A stretch of 64,000 nucleotides of DNA, taken from the NCBI GenBank assembly GCA_030390025.1, contig CM059432.1:151282001-151346000 (forward strand). Direction: 5' to 3'. The notes below the pieces were generated by a model. That model was not told the origin of the DNA. It did no database searches and saw only the letters and a list, made by a program, of their open reading frames with translations. A program made the position numbers and the translations under genes. Origin of the DNA: Squalus acanthias. Taxonomy: Eukaryota. This document shows positions 58,121 through 64,000 of this stretch, piece by piece. Position 1 is the stretch's first letter; every line of letters starts with the position of its first letter.

Positions 58121-59914
58121 TGTGAAGGAATAGCCAGGATTCAGAAAAATACACGATACTAGGAACAGATTTCTGAAATTATTAATAAATGACATACTGG
58201 GTTTAAAAGTCTGAAAGCCTCGGCGACACAGGCTGCAAACAGAATACAGGCTTATGAGATAAGATCAGTTGTTAACACAAAGCTGTGAACACAAGCTTTG
58301 ATATGGGAATTAGTTAAAATTGCTAAAACAAGCCCTATTGATAAAGCAAAGGTTTGCTTCCAGAGCGTCTGAACATTGGAATCAAAACAATGGAATGACC
58401 CAAGTAAAGTGTTATAATCTAACACGTCGAACAGGTGCACAGAACATTAAAAAAAACAAGTGCCTTTGAAAGAATGACATCAAGTAACTTTGCCTGACGA
58501 AGGGGCGACAGCTCCGAAAGCTTGTAATTTTAAATAAATCTGTTGGACTATAACCTGGTGTTGTGCGACTTCTCATTTTTGTCCACCCCAGTCCAACACC
58601 AGCATCTCCGCATCATGACATCAAGTAAGAAATACCTGTCGTAAAATAGTTTTATGTTAAACTTAGAAACAGGAAACACGATTAAATATGCAACCAATTG
58701 AGCTAGCTAGAAAACAAGTAAACACTGAGAGAAGTGTTTTCAATTTACATATTGTAAATATAATACCTACAGAAGGCTTTGAAGATATGACATCAAGTAA
58801 AAGAGATGCCTGCTGAACAAATAGTTTTAATGTTAAGCTTGAAAGATGGAGTCCCAAGGTCTGATAAAAACCAATTGAAGTAAATTAGAAATGCATGAAG
58901 ATACTAGAGAAGTGGTTTTAATTTACAAGTTGTAAAAAGTACACGAACAAGACGACATTCAAAATATTACTTCAATGGATACACCAAGCAATCACATTGA
59001 ACTTGGAATATCATGGAGTCACAACGTCTGAAAATAACCAGTTAAAGTAGTATTAGAAATTTAATAGAAAGACTTCGATAAGAATTGCATCAAACAGAAA
59101 CCATTGCTGTCATTGTGTTTATGATGGTTTTGGAAACACCTAAACAGGACACAAGTCTAAAAGCTGACAGCTGAAATATCAATAAAGAATAGAACAAAGT
59201 CAGCAAAGAATGACTTGATACAATTAAGCTTACATCAGCACGAAAACTTCAAAGGATAAGCCATCTAAGAAAAGATATAAAAATATGAGCTTTTCAGATG
59301 GAAAGTCAGAAGTCGCTGGGAAGACAAGCATTTCTCAACTTCACAGACATTCTCTGTAAGTTTTTAACTTTTGAGTCTCAGGGATCAAAGTACTCTTATT
59401 TGATTTTGGTGGATATTCTGGATTAAGAAATAAGTAGAAGTGTGGAAATGTAACAAAGTTAAGATTTGAGAATAAGGATCTCTGAGAATAAGATAATGTA
59501 AGCTATTTGTATTTTGAACAATTAAAGTTGTGATTACCATAATAAATGTTAACTGAATGTCGGTTCTGTAATAAATCTATATATTTTTAGCATAATCTCA
59601 AAGAGTATTTCTGTATCATCTTGCGAACTCAATTTCTGTACACTCAAAGGAGTTGCAGAATTCTGGGGGGTATTCTGGACCCTTATAATATCCGGAAGGT
59701 TACAGTCTAGTTAAACTTATTAAAAGTACTATCTGGAGGACGGTAACATCTTTAGACCGTTTCTTTCCTTTAGGGAGAGGTAGTCTGACCTTTAGACCCA
59801 ATTAAGCGTCTTATGGGATCCGGCTACCGCTAACTTTAGTTGAAGGTAAACGTCTGGGGAATACGCCTGATCTGGGGTAGTCTGAAAGAGCTAGGACTTG
59901 TAATTATCCCTTCA
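58121..59914 (+). mobile_element. Solo LTR, second copy (1794 bp including a PLE-derived insert)
   Basis: Same termini TGTGAAGGAATA...TATCCCTTCA; 4-bp TSD GGCG; collinear with 45742-47491. Confidence 0.88.
58488..58614 (+). mobile_element. 127-bp Penelope terminal-repeat insertion carrying a hammerhead motif (58490-58527)
   Basis: 14-bp TSD ATGACATCAAGTAA (58474-87, 58615-28); ttgc CTGACGA a GGGGC gaca GCTCC GAAA g CTT gtaa; near-identical to the reverse complement of 17638-17723. Confidence 0.88.
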
Positions 59915-60711
59915 GGCGGGAGTGAGGCACGAACGGGAATGTTCTATTTTAACCCCAGGAGGGGTCAACATCGGGACTTTGTTTGCTGGCCAAAAAGCAG
60001 GTCATCTGTGAAACAGACTCCCATCTAAAGCCATTAACATTCAAGTTAAATGAGTCTTGGGCATAAAGAGGGTGATTTTCAGCTTGTTACCGTCCCAGTT
60101 GTGCTCAAAAATGGGGTGATAGCAGCCCAAAAATGAAGTGGTTACTAGTCCTGCCCGCTTACCGCTGCATTTATGTGTGGTCCAATTTTCGGGTGGAGAT
60201 GAATCCTGGCGATCAGAGCTCGCGCCTGAAACAGATGGGAACCTCATGAATAAAAATCAACTGACGCCATTTCCCACCTTCACTGCCTGACTAACGCCAG
60301 TTCCTGCTCCTGCCCACCAACCATAGCCGGTACAAGTTGGGAGGCGGCCATTTGAAGCGATATTTAAAGGGAGCTACGGCTGCAGTCTACAGTCTATCGC
60401 TACAAAATGTCCAGTCCTCCGCACCTCTCAACTCTCCAAAAAAAGCATCTTTTTGGTCCAAATAAAAATGTTCAGTTCTGTCAGTTCATCTTCATAGTCT
60501 TGAGCTAACATAGTTCTGAACAAGGGCCCTTCCCAAAAGTGGTGACTCTGTTCTCTCCATCGATGCTGTCTGACCTGTTGTGTATTTCCAGCATTATCTC
60601 TTCCTGTCTCAGATATTTAGCCATGACAAACATTCTCTCCGAAGGAAGTGCCTAATTCGGTAAGTCGTCATGCAGTCAATCTCAGAGTGGCATTTTTGGA
60701 AGAGGCAGTGA

Positions 60712-61870
60712 ACCATAAGAACATAAGAATTAGGATTAGGAGTAGGCCAAACGGCCCCTCGAGCCTGCTCCGCCATTCAAGAAGATCAGGCCTGATCCTC
60801 GACCTTAACTCCACTTTCCAGCCCGATCTCCATATCCCTTGATTCCCCAAGTCCAAAAATCTATCAATCTCAACCTTGAATATACTCAACGAATCAGCAT
60901 CTACAACCCTTTGGGGTAGAGGATTCCAAAGATTCAAAACCCTCTGAGAGAAGAAATTTCTCCTCATCTCAGTCTTAAATGACCAATCCCTTATCCTGAG
61001 ACGATGCCCCCTAGTTCTAGACTCTCCAGCCAGGGGAAACAACCTCTCAGCATCTACCCTGACAATCCCCCTCAGAATCTTGTATGTTTCAATGAGATCA
61101 CCTCTCATTCTTCTAAACTCCAGAGAGTAGAGGCCCAATCTACTCAATCTCTCCTCATAGGACAGCCCTCTCATCCCAGGAATCTAGTGAACCTTCGTTG
61201 CACCGCCTCCAAGGCAAGTATATCCTTCCTCAGATAAGGAGACCAAATCTGTGCACAGTACTCCAGGTGTGGTCTCACCAAAGCCCTGTACAATTTTAGC
61301 AAGATTTACTTACTCTTGTACTCCAACCCCTTGCAATAAAGGCCAACATGCCATTTGCCTTCCTAATTGCTTGCGGTACCTGCATGCTAACTCTGTGTTT
61401 CCTGTACGAGGACACCTAAATCTCTCTGAACACCAACATTTAATAGTTTCTCACCATTTAAAAAATATTCTGTTTTTCTATTACATAGGATATACGGCAC
61501 AGAAACAGGCCATTCAGCCCAACCAGTCCATGCCGGTGTTTATGCTCCACTCGAGCCTCCTCCCGTCTTTCCTCATCTAACTCCATCAGCATAACCCTCT
61601 ATTCCCTTCTCACTCATATGATTATCTAACCGCCCCTTAAATGCATCTATACTATTCACTTCAACCACTCCCTGTGGTAGCGAGTTCCACATTCTCACCA
61701 CTCTCTGGGTAAAGAAGTTTCTTCTGAATTCCCTATTGGATTTCTTGGTGACTATCTTATATTGATGACTTCTAGTTTTGCTCTTTCCCACAAGTGGAAA
61801 CATTCTCTCTGTATCTACTCTATCAAAACCTTTCATAATTTTAAAGACCTCAATTAGGTCAATTAGGTCA
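60712..61870 (-). mobile_element. Two adjacent CR1 3' fragments (~60712-61482, ~61483-61870)
   Basis: RT C-terminal motifs and 3' UTRs. Confidence 0.88.
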
Positions 61871-61884
61871 CGAAAAAGGAGACC

Positions 61885-63626
61885 TACGCATGGAGGCAGA
61901 GGGCATGGCTGAGGTACTAAATGAGTACTTTGCATCTGTCTTCACCAAGAAGATGCTGTCATAGTGAAAGAGGAGGTAGTGGAGATACTAGATGGGATAA
62001 AAATTGATGATGAGGAGGTATTTGAAAGGCTGGCTGTACTTAAAGTAGATAAGTTACCAGGACCGGATGGGATGCATCCTAGGATGTTGAGGGAGATAAG
62101 GGTGGAAATTGCGGAGGTACGGGCCATAATCCTCAAATCTTCCTTGGATACGGGGGTGGTGCCAGAGGACTGGAGAATTGCAAATATTACACCCTTGTTC
62201 AAAAAAGGGTGTAAGGATAAACCCAGCAACTACAGGCCAGTCAGTTTATCCTCAGTGGTGGGGAAGCTTTTAGAAACGATAATTAGGGACAAAATTAACA
62301 GTCACTTGGACAAGTGTGGATTCATTAAGGAATGCCAGCACGGATTTGTTAAAGGCAAATCGTGTTCAACTAACTTGATTGAGTTTTTTGATAAGGTAAT
62401 AGAGAGGGTTGATGAGGGCAATGAGGTTGACGTGGTGTACATGGACTTCCAAAAGGCGTTCGATAAAGTGCCACATAATAGGCTTGCCAGCAAAGTTGAA
62501 GCCCATGGAATAAAAGGAACAGTGGCAGCATGGATACGGAATTAGCTAAGTGACAGGAAACAGAGAGTAGTGGTGAACGGTTGTTTTTCGGACTGGAGGA
62601 AGGTATGCAGTGGTGTTCCCCAGGGGTCAGTACTAGGACCACTGCTTTTCTAGCTATGTATTAATGACTTGGACGTGGGTGTACAGGGCACAATTTCAAA
62701 ATTTGCAGATGACATAAAACTTGGAAGTATAGCGAACAGTGAGGAGGATAGTGATAGACTTCAAGAGGACATAGACAGGCTGGTGAAATGGGCGGACATG
62801 TGGCAGATGAAATTTAACGCAGAAAAGTGTGAAGTGATACATTTTAGTAGGAAGAACGAGGAGAGGAAATATAAACTAAAGGGTACAATCCTAAAGGGGT
62901 GCATGAACAGAGAGAACTGGGGGTATATGTGCACAAACCTTTGAAGGTGGCAGGGCAGGTTGAGATAGCGGTTAAAAAAAGCATACAGGATCCTGGGCTT
63001 CATAAATAGAGGCATAGAATACAAAAGCAAGGAAGTTATGAACCACCTTTATAAAACACTGGTTCGGCCTTAACTGGAGTATTGTGTCCAATTCTGGGCA
63101 CCGCACTTCAGGAAGAATGTAAAGGCCTTAGAGAGGGTGCAGAAAAGATTTATGAGAATGATTCCAGGGATGAGGGACTTCAATTACGTGGATAGACTGG
63201 AGAAGCTGGGGTTGCTCTCCTTAGAGCAGAGAAGATTGAGAGGAGATTTGATAGAGGTGTTTAAAATCATGAGGGGTCTGGACAGAGTAGATAGAGAGAA
63301 ACTGCTCCCATTGGTGGAAGGGTCGAGAACCAGAGGACACAGATTCAAGGTGATTGGCAGAAAAACCAAAGGCAACATGAGGAAAAGCTTTTTTACGCAG
63401 CAAGTGGTTAGGATCTGGAATGCACTGCCTGAAAAAGTGGTGGAGGCAGATTCAATCGTGGCTTTCAAAAGGGAATTGGATAAGTACCTGAAGGAAAGAA
63501 ATTTGCAGGGCTACGGGGAAAGGGCGGGGGAGTGGGACTAGCTGAAGTGCTCTTGCAGAGAGTGGGCACGGGCTCAACGGGCCCAATGGCCTCCTTCTGT
63601 GCTGTAACTATTTTATGATTCTATGA
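61885..63626 (+). mobile_element. CR1 ORF2 RT region, decayed
   Basis: PGPDGMHP, NYRPVSL, DFQKAFDKVP, KFADD; GATTCTAT tail. Confidence 0.93.
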
Positions 63627-63639
63627 GCTATTCAACTAC

Positions 63640-64000
63640 GGCAGGCACATCACCCAAACACATTGCACCACACTAACTCACACACTTCCCTTTCTCTTGC
63701 AGTCCAAGGTTGCGCATAACAGGAGGGAGCAGCGGCAGACAGGCGGGGGCCAGCTGCCATCCAGGACCTCAGCCAACTGGAAGAGCGAGTGCTGGAGATC
63801 ATTGGACGGCAGATCGTGGAGGCCATGGCATCCGGAGAGGTTGAAGGCCTTGGGGCATCCGGAGAGGTTGAAGGCCTTGGGGGCATCCGGAGAGGTTGAA
63901 GGCCTTGGGGACAGCAACGGAATGCTCATTCCTAATCCTTCTTCTCACATTACAATTACCCCTCGTCCCACAATCTCTTCTCACTTTCAAGCTGCTGGTG
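63640..64000 (+). pseudogene. Harbinger Myb-gene exon 2 remnant with a 3x ~28-bp tandem (63828-63910)
   Basis: cttgcag| SKVAHNRREQRQTGGG.. is homologous to exon 2 at 9462 (AKLAHNRRQQQRTGGG). Confidence 0.7.

Noticed and set aside
45742..59914. Single 14-kb provirus bounded by two LTRs
   Set aside because: Each LTR has its own distinct TSD, and no PBS, gag or pol is seen between them.
57386..59978. GC-rich Harbinger-like element hosting the second LTR (also ~54140-54720 and ~60065-60420)
   Set aside because: TIR-like ends are present but too degenerate and no TSD could be fixed; not reported as features.

Overview
This 64-kb window is almost entirely transposable-element-derived vertebrate DNA. 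It is most likely from a cartilaginous fish, because it carries HE1-type V-SINEs, SacSINE1-like Deu-SINEs and HER1-like CR1 LINEs. No host protein-coding gene could be supported. Contents: (i) many CR1 LINEs, including one with a fully open ORF2 inserted into a 24-bp minisatellite and one apparently full-length copy with a 7-bp TSD; (ii) an apparently intact autonomous PIF/Harbinger transposon (three-exon Myb/SANT gene plus a convergent DDE transposase), with several non-autonomous or decayed relatives; (iii) two Penelope-like element fragments and three minimal hammerhead-ribozyme motifs; (iv) two copies of an unusually long (~1.75 kb) solo LTR with 4-bp TSDs and foamy-virus-like architecture; (v) SINEs, a hAT MITE, and L2- and Zenon-like LINE remnants. 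The most striking observation concerns the CR1 ORF1/ORF2 junctions. Three of four divergent copies end ORF1 in a canonical -1 slippery heptamer T_TTA_AAC followed by TAA and a G-rich tract, and the fourth differs by one base. ORF2 lies in the -1 frame in all four, and the intact copy has no usable ORF2 ATG. This suggests a retrovirus-style programmed -1 frameshift producing an ORF1-ORF2 fusion in a LINE. Element boundaries without TSDs are approximate.
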